DNA of 64,000 bases, from contig CM041465.1 of NCBI GenBank assembly GCA_023213395.1, positions 225,377,741 through 225,441,740 of the forward strand, read 5' to 3'. Each line of letters opens with the position of its first letter. Position 1 is the stretch's first letter. Shown one piece after another: positions 45,901-57,689 of the stretch. The translations under genes were made by a program, and so were the position numbers. The stretch is from Cycas panzhihuaensis. Taxonomy: Eukaryota > Plantae > Cycadophyta. Below the pieces are notes generated by a model, which worked only from the letters and a program-made list of their open reading frames with translations, did not search any database and was not told the origin of the DNA.

Positions 45901-46808
45901 TTATATTTTAAGTAAATTCTTCACTCAAACTCAACATATTTATTTAATATTGGGGTATTAATCAATTATTAATGGCCTTTGTTTGTTTTTAGAGGCTTAT
46001 AATTATTTTTGCAGCCATATAGCTCTATTTTGGTGTCTTAAGGTGGAGGAGCCTTCCTTAGATCAAAATCATCAAATTGGTGAATTCTAACACCTTACAA
46101 CTCTACTTTTAAGCTTTTATTTTATCTTCTAGCTTATAAATTTGATTTTAAAGTTCTCTTAAGGCTTATTTATTACTTACTTTAGGTCATTCGTTGCCTT
46201 TCTTAAAGCATTCATTGAAGGATTATTTCATAAGAATATTTCAAGTATACATGCATATTTCTTTGATTTAAAAGAGCTTATATTTACTCTTAATGATTTC
46301 ATCTATATATTGAAGGTTTATTTGCCTTTATTTCAAGCTTTCAAAGCATTTTCAAAGTGCATTCTATTACATATAAGCACTCAAAGCACTTCACTCTTTT
46401 TTAAAGCCTATTTGAATCCTTATGAAAAGTTGTCTTGCAAAACATTCATCAAATCTAACTTGAAGGATATATTTTCCCTTTATTATTAAGTTATTTTTCA
46501 TTAATTTACTAAGGCATTGATTTGAAATTTAAATATATATTTTAAATTATTTTTTAACTCATTTTAGGCCTTTATCTTTAAGGCTTATATAAATCATTTT
46601 GAAGGAATCATTGAGTATACATTTTAAAAGGAACACTTATCTTGTATTATTTTATTTCACCTCATTACCTACCTATCTTAATTAAGGAATTTATGTTGGA
46701 ATTTGTTGAAAGAGCATTTATTGCCTACTTTAAGTTATTCACTCATTAGAGGTTCTCATTTATTCATTAAAATAATACATTGAGTTTATACACTAAAAGT
46801 TTTTTATA

Positions 46809-47820
46809 ATGGCCACATATTTACATAATGTGATGTTTCCCATATTTGATGGGACTAATTGTTAGAGATATATGTTGACAACATATTTTATGGTAAATTC
46901 CCTTTGGAAATTTGTAGAGCATAGTTATGTAGAGAATAAACCAAATTTTAGAGAAAACTTGAAAAAAGATAATAAAATCTTAGCATTAGTATTTTATATA
47001 ATAAATAATGATGTACTCACTCATGTTTATGATATGGCTATGACTTGTCGTTATACCAAAAGCTTGTGGGTAATTTGGGAAGAGGACTCCTCGGCAAGTG
47101 AACCAGCCATAGTCCAACACTCCCCCGTGATGAGGAGGCTGCCATAGCATGTATCGCCTGTGTTATAATTCCACCTGAATCGGGGGTGCATGGGGACCCC
47201 ATTGGGTAAAGGGGCTTTGTCCAGCATATGCGCGAGATTTGAACCTTGAACTTGGGCTCTGATACCACTTGTGACTTGCCATTACACCAAAAGCCCACGG
47301 GTAATTTGGGAAGAGGACTCCTCAGTAAGTGAACCAGTCATAGTCTAATAATGACCATATCTAAATCTATTTGGGATACCCTAGATTCACTTTATGGGGG
47401 GGGGGATTTTATATTTAAATAAATTAAATTATATTGATGATATGTTTCTTATGACACAGATGATAGAGCATGTAATTTTTGATGAAAAGACTAATGATGC
47501 ATATAATGTTAAAGATTCCAATGAGATTAATGATCATATTGCTACATTTGATAAGAATATATATTCATTTGACCTTATTGACTCTCATCGAAAGGACAAA
47601 GTCAAAGATGAAGATATTCCTATTTATTTAAAGTAAGTCATACTTATATTTGAGCCACACTTTATTGAAGACTACTTTACAAGGATAATTATGCAAGTTG
47701 ATGACCACTTCAAAGTTGATGATGAAGTTACATGACATGTTTTTAATCTCTTTTTAAAGTTTTTCTAAAGTACATGTACCACAAGTTTAAAGAGAAGTTG
47801 AAAATAAATGTGATGAACAT
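46809..47820 (+). pseudogene. gag: Copia-type gag remnant interrupted by a TRIM
   Basis: FPIFDGTN...NSLWKFVE...DNKILAL...[TRIM]...SKSIWDTLDSLYGG, followed by an acidic tail. Confidence 0.75.
47039..47350 (-). mobile_element. TRIM, 312 bp, with 81-bp LTRs (47039-47119, 47270-47350)
   Basis: PBS reverse complement gctctgatacca at 47256-47267. PPT reverse complement ctccccc at 47120-47126. TSD atggc/atgac. Confidence 0.95.
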
Positions 47821-49188
47821 TAAGGGGGAGTATGTTGGGGTTAATATTCCTCACCTAACTCCCGCCATTGGAAACATGTAAGTTATACACATCTTCATGG
47901 TAAGTCAAAGTAATGTTATTTTAATGCTTTGTTATTATTTTATATTATTTTAAATTTGGAGGTTGAGGAGGGTTTCCTCCTTCCTCCCAAGTATATATTT
48001 TATGGGGTGCAAAACCTTGGTGTTCATAAAACACCACCTTCAACAAAGGATTTTTGGATGTACTCTTCTACAATGGATTGAATACAATGACATTTGTAAT
48101 TATGCTCTCAATATGGCTTGAATATTAATTTGATTTGTATGTTCATCTGCTCCGCTATGTTCTCCATATTCCAACACATAGAGATACAACTTCCTTACTA
48201 ACCCTGATTTCTTGAATATCAGTTTGTAATTCATCAAATACTTCATGCCTTACTTTTACATCTATCTAAACCAAAGGTTTCTATATATACTCACCCATGC
48301 CCAAGTGTTCTTATATGGCATTTACTTCATTCTATTTTACTGTAAAAACTTATATCCTTTGAAATCCTCATCGTCATCATCAAAATCAATCCATTTTTTA
48401 TGCTTTTGATCATGTGTTACTTTTGATATCATAGGAGCTACTAATGTAAAGGGAGGCATAACTCTTGTTTATTCACTATTGCTTATCAATATTTTCCCTA
48501 ATCAACATGTAATATTTGCATCCATTGTTGCCAACTAAGGTTGACCTTAAATGATTAGGTAACCTTTAGCATCCCCTTGGGTTAGATAACCATAAAGTCT
48601 ACTAAAACTTTTCAGTTATAAACTTAGACAAAAATGTCCATCAAACCCCCTTCTCGTTATACCACCAATTTATCTTCCATGTAAAGTATTATGTGAGTTG
48701 GTTGCATACCTTTAAAATTAAGGTATTTCATGGTCAATAATACCACCAAATTTATTCTTACTCCCAAACCAATTGATGCCCATTTCAATTTAATTCCCTT
48801 AATTATAATATCAACCTTTAGGTTATCTAGATTATTATATTTCATAAGTGACATTTTACCTTGAATTAGGTTAGTTATCGTCCCTGTTGAAGTGATTATT
48901 AGCCTTAGTTTATACTCTTTTTAATTCTCCAAGCCCAAGCATAAGTCCTTAACATGCTTCACATAAATTGGGATATCTTAGATTACTTATAATAGTGGTA
49001 TATAAGTGTATACATTCTCAAGTTCTTACTTGAAATCATAGGCACCTTAAGGTTCTTATTGGATTTCTTGCTTCAACCTAGCAGGATATGGTACTTACTT
49101 ATTTATCTACTTCTCTACATCATGTTAATTTGTGGCATGATTTAGTATTAAATCTTCTTGCTTTTCCTTAATTCGTTATTATAATAGT

Positions 49189-49499
49189 TGTTAGACTATG
49201 GTTGGTTCACTTGTCGAGGAGTTCTCTTCCTAAATCACCCATGGGCTTTTGGTGTAACGAAAAGTCATAAGTGGTATCAGAGCCCAGGTTCAAGGATCTA
49301 ACCTTGCGCATATACCAAACAAAGCCTCTTATACCATCAAGGTCCCCATGTGCCCCCATTCAGGTGGAATTGTAACATAGGCAATACATGCTATGGTGGC
49401 CTCCTCGTCATGGAGGAGGGTTGGACTATGGCTGATTCACTTGTTGAGGAGTCCTCTTCCTAAATCACCTACAGACTTTTGGTATAATGATAAGTCATA
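49189..49499 (+). mobile_element. TRIM, 311 bp, same family (LTRs 49189-49269, 49419-49499)
   Basis: PBS tggtatcagagc at 49272-49283. Purine tract ggaggag before the 3' LTR. TSD atagt/atggt. Matches the reverse complement of 47039-47350 throughout. Confidence 0.95.
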
Positions 49500-51949
49500 A
49501 TGGTTGCATTGTTAGTAAGTTCTCTACTATATCTTTCTAGCCTAAGAACTTCCCATAGTTGTGTGTTAGATCGAGTATAAATCTCATCATAGTGAACTAT
49601 TTCATTGATCTACACTAACGACCATTTCTTTATTATTTGTTATGGTTATCCTTTTATAGAATAATTGATATAGGTACCCTTTTATGTGTTATGTTGTGAT
49701 CCTCCCAGATTTTGAATGGCTTGAATGAGTAAAGTTAATGTTGGGGACATGCTATAGGGTGGAGCATTGTGATTTGGTAGAGCTTCTTTACAAAATTTTT
49801 GACCCACATTAGTGTTAAATTTTTTCTCATGAATCTATTCTGTGAATTTAATTAGGCATTGAATGGTTGTTGACAAATATAAGGAAATAATCGTTGTAAT
49901 TTTTGAAACCTATGTTGTTGACCTTGAGATGTATTTTATACAATATAATATGGGTTTTGAGGGAATGGACAAGGGATATTTTATCCATATATAGATAAAT
50001 TTCCAAAGCCATGTAAATATGCTACTTCTGAAATAGGAAAGTATGTGTTTTCATATGAAAAATGAGATTACAGAAGATTATTAACATACCCTCGGGGAGG
50101 TGGGATTCATGGATCAAATGGGTACATTTCAAGATGAAATTATTATGATCTTCTTTGCTTGAAAACCTAATTGCTACTATTTCATTGGTCTTATCTACTC
50201 TTGGACAAATGTGGCATTTGTTACTTCTTCTTCTAATTCTATAACCTCTTCTTCTTATTGCATCTTGTTAACTTAATCTTATTGCCAAAGAGGGTTTGTT
50301 CTACTTCTCTTTATAAATTATCTCTAGGCTGGTGAATTGTGTAACCACAACTGAAAGTGTTTCTTGCTTTACATCCCTCAACATATTTTTTAGCTCCACT
50401 CTTAAAATAGGGCATGCAATAAGTTCATTATTAGTAGCATAAACTCCATTAATTCCAACCACTCTAGTTTCCCATTTTTTTTATGGATTTATTATATTTA
50501 GCATAGGGGGGCTTTTATGCATTTGAATGGGATTATTGTAGACTCGATTGCTTTTAAAATTTTTGACCACATTCATACAACATCATTTAGTCCAATCAAG
50601 AATACAATTTTGATTATACTCTCTAGATGCCCATGATTTGGATAACATCAAAGTAAATGTTCCATTTTTTCAATGTATTCTTCTACTATTTCATCTTCCC
50701 TTTGCTTGATTTATAGGATTTGAATTTTTAGGTCTTCATTTTGCTAGAATTCTCTATATTTTTTTAAGAACAACTCCTTCATTTGTTTCCATAGGTGAAT
50801 GGAACTAGTAAGTATTATCATGAACCATTAGTGCATTATCTTTTAATATAAAATTAAGCAATTTCAACTGTTAGGCATTTGATGAGTAGTCATGGCTTCG
50901 ATATAGTACATTAAATTCAAAAAGGAAGATATCAGGGTCTTTAAATTTCTTACGATGAAACTATGGTAGATTATGTAATGTCATTGTCACCTTTCTAAAT
51001 CAATATTCTTACTTAAATGTAATTAGGAATCCAATGCCTTATGCTCCATCCTTGTAATCTTTAACCATGATTACTTATTAGGTTTTCTTGCTTATTCATT
51101 CCTTTCTTAGGATTGCCTACATGTTCTTTCTTTGGGCTCTATTAGAATGCTCTATTATGAGCCTTCCTAAGGCATATCAAGGTCAGCCACTCATCCTCTA
51201 AATTTTGAAAGAAATTCAATTCTTGCTCTCTACACAACCTCCAAGCTTTAGTGAGGAGGTTCTCTAGTAATGGCACTAAAGTGATCTCTCATGAGTTGGT
51301 TCTACAATTTCAATGGAATCTATATGAAAACCCATTAAAAAGGTCATGTCAACTTAAAGTACATAAGCTTGTAAACTAACAACCTAAGAAGTGACCTAAA
51401 CTAGGGCTTAGCAAATTCTTATTAATAGTTTCATTTATTTGCTTTCCATTTACACAACTTTGTCAAAAACCCCATGTAGAAGTGGAGGCTCAATAATAAA
51501 ACTAGAAACTAACTATAACACAAGGGCACTATCTTAGAGTGCTACCCCTATAGTTGGTATCACTTCCCTCTTGTTTGTAATAATGACATAAAGATCTATC
51601 CAAGATGGTTCGAATGGGAACATGAACATGGGAAGAAGAACAATAATAAAATATGAGAAAATCCATTTTATCTATGCTTCATCCATATGAGAAGAGTATT
51701 TATACATGCTCTAATAAGTATGACAACTGCCCATATTTCTTGGCAAGTTGTCATCACATAAATATAAAATCCTAATACATTTACATATTGTAGTTAGTTA
51801 TTAGCAATCTATTGGCAACTAGTGAATTACCACATCATAAATGTTGGTAAGTTATGAGTTACTACATTGTACAAAATATATCAAAATATTACCATAAGAG
51901 ACAAACTTCCTAAAATAGAAAATGCATCATTCTAGTACTAAGAATCCTA

Positions 51950-53069
51950 ATTTAGATGCCCTATGGCTTATAAATTCATTATCAAAGCAAAGAAAAATAT
52001 AGCTAATTTGGAGGATGATGAGGACTGAATTAGGCCTCATCACACTCAAAGCCCTTTGTGAGTATGACTAAACATCACCTAAAGAATGGGTATTAAAGGA
52101 TAATGGTGTGGTTGTGGTTAAGAATTATTTACAAGAAAGTCAAGATGCTCTATAGATTTTCGAGGTGCACTTATTGGCAATGTGGAGTAGAATGAAAAAA
52201 CAAGTAGATAAGCATTATATACAGGAAATATAATGAGGGTCATCAAGTCTATGTACATCTATAACTCTACAAGCAAACTCATCTTAGAACTACTTCAACA
52301 GCAAAGCTTATCCTAAGGTTTTATGGACCTTATCAGTTACGAAAAAAAATTGGCAAGGTAGTATATGCATTGGAACTTCCATCTTCTATTAGGATACATA
52401 ATATATTTCATGTTTCTTACTTAAAGAAAAAGTTGGAAGAACACATCCTAGTATAAATTAAAATCTTAATGTTGGTTGAAATAGGAAAATTAATTCTTAT
52501 TCCATAATCCAGCATTAAAACTTAAGAAAAGTGTTGTGAAGAATAGCCATAAATGAATACTTAGTCAAGTGACATCAATTATTTATCAAAGTGCCACCTA
52601 CGCATTTAACATCATACTATAAAAATACCCTAATATTATAAAATGACTACTTTAAGGAAAGGAGAATTATAATGAACTTAATTATGTTAATATTGAAATC
52701 AACTCCTTTTGTCTAGTATTAACCAATGCTTATTAAGAAGCAATAGGCAACAAGAGTGGCATGATTTTTCTTATCTTTAAAATGTTGATCCTCTTTGAAT
52801 TCTACCATATATATCCTCCTTAATTAGGCTTACACAATTTTAGCATGGGCTACGCCTAAATGCTTAACACAAATTGGCCAAATCTAAGTTTAGTCGATGT
52901 AGTTTTGATGAGCAATTAAACTAGGCCTAAAAAATGGTAGTCTTTTAGCAACAATGTTATTGATCTTCTATATTTAAATTTAGCCTAAATTTTAAGGGCC
53001 AAGTTAGTCTTATTCTTTGTATATATAATTTTACTAACCTTTAAATATTATATGTTGTCCTACACTCTA
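51950..53069 (+). mobile_element. pol: Chromovirus-type Gypsy 3' fragment (integrase GPY/F region, chromodomain remnant, PPT, partial LTR)
   Basis: PRFYGPYQ...IGKVVYALELPSSIRIHNIFHVSYLKK at 52305-52430. NEYLVK* at ~52550-52572. Purine tract aaggaaaggagaa at ~52654-52666. Confidence 0.75.
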
Positions 53070-53139
53070 TGTGTGGGAGATAAGTCACAAAATAATTAGG
53101 GGTTTCTTAAAGATAAAATAGAGTATAATTCTAGTTTGA

Positions 53140-53450
53140 ACTTATAAATCAAATGCAACTAGGTGCAACTAAGTATAACTTGAAGTATAATCAAGTATAA
53201 CTAGGTATAACTAAGTGTGACTAAGAGTGACTAGAAGTACAACTAGGTGTGACCTAAGTGTAACTAGGTATAATCTAAAGTACAACTAAGTTCAACCTAA
53301 AATATAATTAGGTACAACCTAAAGTGTGACCAATTATGACCAACTATAACCTCAAGTATGACCAGGTCTGACCAAATCACAAAGATGACAATGCAAATAT
53401 GACTAGGTTGCAAGTTTGCAATCCAAATATAACTTAGACCATAACTCAAA
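53140..53450. repeat. ~10-11-bp-unit minisatellite in the Gypsy 5' LTR (also at 62950-63144 in the 3' LTR)
   Basis: Units aggtgcaact / aagtataact / aagtgtgact. Confidence 0.85.
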
Positions 53451-54689
53451 TCCCAAATTAGTTGAGGACTCATGTGAACAGTGTGTAAGAAAGTGATTAA
53501 GCATTTAAAATAGTTAAGTCATTGATGTAATAAGAACATGATGTGCTTTGTATAAGTCCATCCATTAAATGTAATGGATATATCATAGAGTTTAGGATTT
53601 CTCTCTTGTATTCTCCATTAAATGGCTTTAGCTATAACTTGTATATAGTTTATTGTAGTGTTTGGCCTACGTCTAGTGGTGAGAGAACCAGACATAGTGC
53701 CTTTATGGATAATAATGTTTTTATTTACATTTTCTATTGGTGTCATATTACATTATGCTTACTCTATTTTTTGTAATACATTTATGAGATGAGAGATAGT
53801 ATAGTGCACATTAGTTTTGTTATCGTCTTAAACCTAAAAGGTAAATAAGTACAAGGAAAATGACTAGGTAGAGGGAACATGGTTTTTCCATGCCACAAAG
53901 ATGGTTCTAGAATAAAAGAAATAAGGTAAGAGAGAAGTAATCATTCTACAATTAAACAACTCTAATAAGGGACATATAAACCAAGAATTCTTATGCAAAA
54001 GAAGTAGGTGAAAAGGAGACCACTTGTAAAGTCAAAGGAAGAAAGAAACATGACTTTAGAGAAAAGGGAGGAGTAATGGAAGTTTGTAATATCTAAAATA
54101 GGAGTATAATTAGTTGTAGAGCAGTAAAAGAAAACTAAGGATGAAGTAGGAGAGGAGAATCTAGAAGTAAACTAGAGGTGTGCATTAGATAAAGACCCTG
54201 TTAAAGAAGCATTAGATCTAAACACATCCATAATCTTAAATCTTCTTAACCAAAGTCATTCTATAGTGGTAGAAATTTATAGTTTAACCAATAGAGGGTA
54301 AGATCATTATATTGTGGAGATACGATATTTCCTTACCCATATCTTGAACCCCTTATTTAATAGGATGGGCAAAACATTTGTTAGGTCCATTTTCTCAAGG
54401 CTATATACTCAACTAGGAGAAGGAAGCCCTAGCCAAATGGACAACATAACTAAGGGTTCCTCTAAAAGGAATAACAATAATCTACAACCATTCAAAGGAG
54501 GAATGAATACAACCAATAGCCTTTTGTAAGGGACATCAGCATTTACATTGAGGAGAGGCAGTAGTAGTCAATCACCACTTACTAGTGTAAACACTAAAGG
54601 AGGAACAATGATGGTAGGATCTAGATAAGGAGGTCTAACCACAAATGTGGTAAGTAGAAGTCAATGAGTGGCCCTTTATGTGGTCATTC

Positions 54690-56300
54690 AGAATGATGTT
54701 GCTTTTAGTAATTTGTAGTTTAATAGGTCTAGAGATCTTGGGGATCATCTAGAACTATTTTCAAATATATTAAAGATAAAAAGGATCTAAGACTAAGAAG
54801 AAATCAAAGCAAGATTTTTTTCTACATTATCAATATGTCTTTAACTAGAATCCTATGTGGGACTAGATCTAAATCTAATTCTTAGACTAGTTCTAAAGGT
54901 TAAGAGATCTAATGGCTTTATTTTAGGCCTTGGAAGAGATCACCAATTTCCAAGTAATCTATGAGTGATTTTGATGGGAAACTCTAGATAATTATAAATA
55001 AAATAGTAATTGTAAATAAAATAGATTTAGTGACTCTGATTAGTCCTATGCTTATATTAAAGTATTTTGTTCAAGGGTTGGTGCCACAGTTAAAAGAGAA
55101 AGTAATTATACACCTTATGAACAGCAATAAGTAAGTGTAAGAGTTGGTGTTAAAGTTTGAAAACCAGATGAAAATAGTATATATATAGCCAACAATGTAG
55201 ATAAGACTATTAGGGACTAGCTTTCAACCCTTAGAGATATAAATACAACAATTAAGAGTGAATTGCCAATAAGGGTTGACTTTATAAATGAGTTTCACGA
55301 CATAGCATATGCCTTATATAAGAATGAATCTAGAGCTAGATGCCTTGAAGAAAGAAGTAGAAGTTTTGAAGTAGCAACTACCAATTTCAACGGTAATGAC
55401 ATTTAAACAAAATCAAGAGATTAAAAAAATAAGAGCAGAGTTACCCTAACTATGAATAGAGAAAACTACAGATAATGTCTGATGTCCTTTGCCTTGTGGC
55501 CAAGCAAGTCACCTAAGAAATAAGCATCAGAAGACACCCATTATCAAATGGTGTGAAATCTATCAAAGAAATAATCATAACACCTAGAAGTGTTATTATC
55601 GAGCACCTAATCAAGTATAAGGAAGAGGATTGGATGTTAGAGATTATTAAAAGATAGACTGCATTTCTTTCAAGAAATACAAGGGAAAAACAAAACCCAT
55701 TATGTGTCATCTATGTTTAAGATGGGGTTATTTTTGTGCAATTTACCCCTTGTAGGGAAAAAATGGTGATTATATATGTGAAGAATGGGGAGAAATAGAT
55801 TGAACCCTAGCACAAAAGTCTAGGATTCAAATCTAGTGGCCAAAATCCCAAGTAAAGAAATGCCCTCTTATTTGCAAACATGAAGTAGAAAGACTACATC
55901 AGCTCCAATGGTAGATAACTTTTTAGATCCTATAATGGAAAACGAATGACTCTGGGAAGTTATCCAAGCCCTATAGGATATAATAAAGATTGTACAATAG
56001 GAGGCAATGCACTACTAAAGCAGGTTTAAGGGGCAAACATACAAAAGGAGAACAAATTTTCAAGAAGAAATAACAAATCCTTAGCAAAGGCTATAACTAG
56101 CAAAGGATCTTTTCACATAATTAGGGATTACCATCCAAATTACTACAATTTTTAAATGGTGGGAAGCAGGCTATTTTTAATAAGCAATATTGGATTAGAT
56201 TAAAAAGCTAGTATTAAGGGCTTTAAAGACATTTATGATTAATCTAAGGGTACATGTGAATATTTTTGGAAGAACCATCTATAAAATAATTATAGACGAT
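54690..56300 (+). pseudogene. gag: Gypsy gag remnant with multiple degenerate zinc knuckles
   Basis: RDLGDHLELFSNILK and YFVQGLVPQLKEKV. Knuckle-like segments at ~55481, 55705, 56147 and 56255. Confidence 0.65.
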
Positions 56301-56987
56301 GGATTGTGGGTGAATATGTTACTCAAGACTTCATGGATTTCACTAGGAAGGCCGCACGTGGTTGCCCTAGATTATTCAATAAGATTACCCAACTAGCTTT
56401 AAGTAAGACCTATAGGGATGCTCATGAATGTACCTATGATAGTAGTTGGTATCATAATACTACTAAACTTTGTAATTGTGAGAATGCAAAACTATAGGAA
56501 GACATATCTAGCATTACTAGGAAGACCCTAGATACTAGCTACTAAAGCTTTTCAAGATTAGGGAAAGCTAACATTCACTTTAAACTTAATAGGTAAGCAG
56601 GTGGCACTACACCTATATTTAGATTGTCTACAAATTGAGAAGATCAAAGATGTGGATATAACCTCCTCAATAGTAGCAAAGCCAACACCCATAGTAACCC
56701 CTTATTTAGAAACAACCTATCAAGCTCAAAGGACACCACCAATAATCCCAAGTGATATCTCCTTAACATATGTACTGAATTGGTTATAAAATGAATAGGA
56801 GGAGACATAAACAATAAATTGTTATCATCTAGAAATTTGCCTAGATTCTTTAGAAGAGGAGGAAGAAGATGATTAGCAAATAGAAAATTCAAAAGCGAGC
56901 TTGATAGAGCTATTCAAGGGAAAAATGACCCTGAGCATGTAGGAAGCAACAAAGGCACAATTACAAATAATTAAAGGTAATTCAAAA

Positions 56988-57272
56988 TTGTTCTCAGATG
57001 TTTTTGAGAATTTGCCTCAACTTTGGGGAAGTGAAAGGGATACAAAGGATCATTTAGAACAATGTACCAAAATTTTAGAAAATAAATGGCAAGAAAGATT
57101 TTGGATATACGTTTTTCCTCTATCTCTCTCTAGTCAAGCTTTTGCTAAGTACTTAGCACACAATGTGCAATTAAAAAATTGGGGGATAATAAGGAAAGCA
57201 TTTCAAACCAAATTCTATACACAAAATAATGATTTGCCTAGGTTTGTTAATGATCAAAAACAACATATTTAG
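56988..57272 (+). pseudogene. Second Retrotrans_gag (capsid N-terminal)-like segment
   Basis: LPQLWGSERDTKDHLEQC...VFPLSLSSQAFAKY...NWGIIRKAFQTKF fits the LPxFxG..DHL..FPxSLxGxAxxW..WxxLxxxFxxKF pattern. Confidence 0.65.
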
Positions 57273-57689
57273 GTATGTATTAAAATTTAGAAAAGGAAAC
57301 AAACACTAAAATGGGAATGGACCCACCATTTGGCCATTACCCTGACAGATGCTAGCCTGTTCTAGTATTAGTACTATGAAAAAATACACATGGAATATAT
57401 TAATAGAGGATTTTATCAATATTTTTTCTTTTCACATCTCACGTGTTAAGACATAAAAGATTTACTAATATTAAAAGAAAAAATACATAATTTCATAAAA
57501 GAATACTTCTAAGCATAAAGGATTGATGAAGATGGGTAAAGGGTATAACCAAAACCCTTATTAAAGAAGGATAGCTAGGAAGAATTGGAAAACTTTTTAC
57601 CATCTTATTCTATGCTAGAATATTAGGAAAGATGTATAAGCTAATCCCCAAGTCATATACTGCAACCATATGGGAAATTTGTATAAGAT

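Larger units (their letters stand above)
44971..48176 (+). mobile_element. Gag-only (TR-GAG-like) Copia-derived LTR element (LTRs 44971-45315 and 47833-48176)
   Basis: 345/344-bp LTRs with TG..CA ends. TSD cataa/catag. Perfect PBS tggtatcagagc at 45318-45329. PPT aagggggag at 47822-47830. The interior has only a gag-like ORF. Confidence 0.92.
43340..51900 (-). mobile_element. Ty3/Gypsy element (gag, PR, RT, RNase H; integrase and 3' LTR missing), hosting nested insertions
   Basis: RT KWKICINYRELNKVTRKHHFPIPFVNQVL at 44425-44661. RNase H remnants at ~43520-43830, PR-like region at ~48500-48830, gag DPDIFLFEFNVLYRSHDY at ~50880-50945. The 5' LTR boundary is uncertain. Confidence 0.8.

Noticed and set aside
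47039-47350. TRIM as a Cassandra (5S-bearing) element or retrozyme
   Set aside because: No 5S rRNA A/C-box sequence and no hammerhead core (CTGANGA...GAAA) visible in the LTRs or interior.
53140-53450. LTR tandem arrays (also 18690-18960) as CRISPR-like arrays
   Set aside because: Contiguous degenerate units with no unique spacers, in a eukaryotic LTR context.
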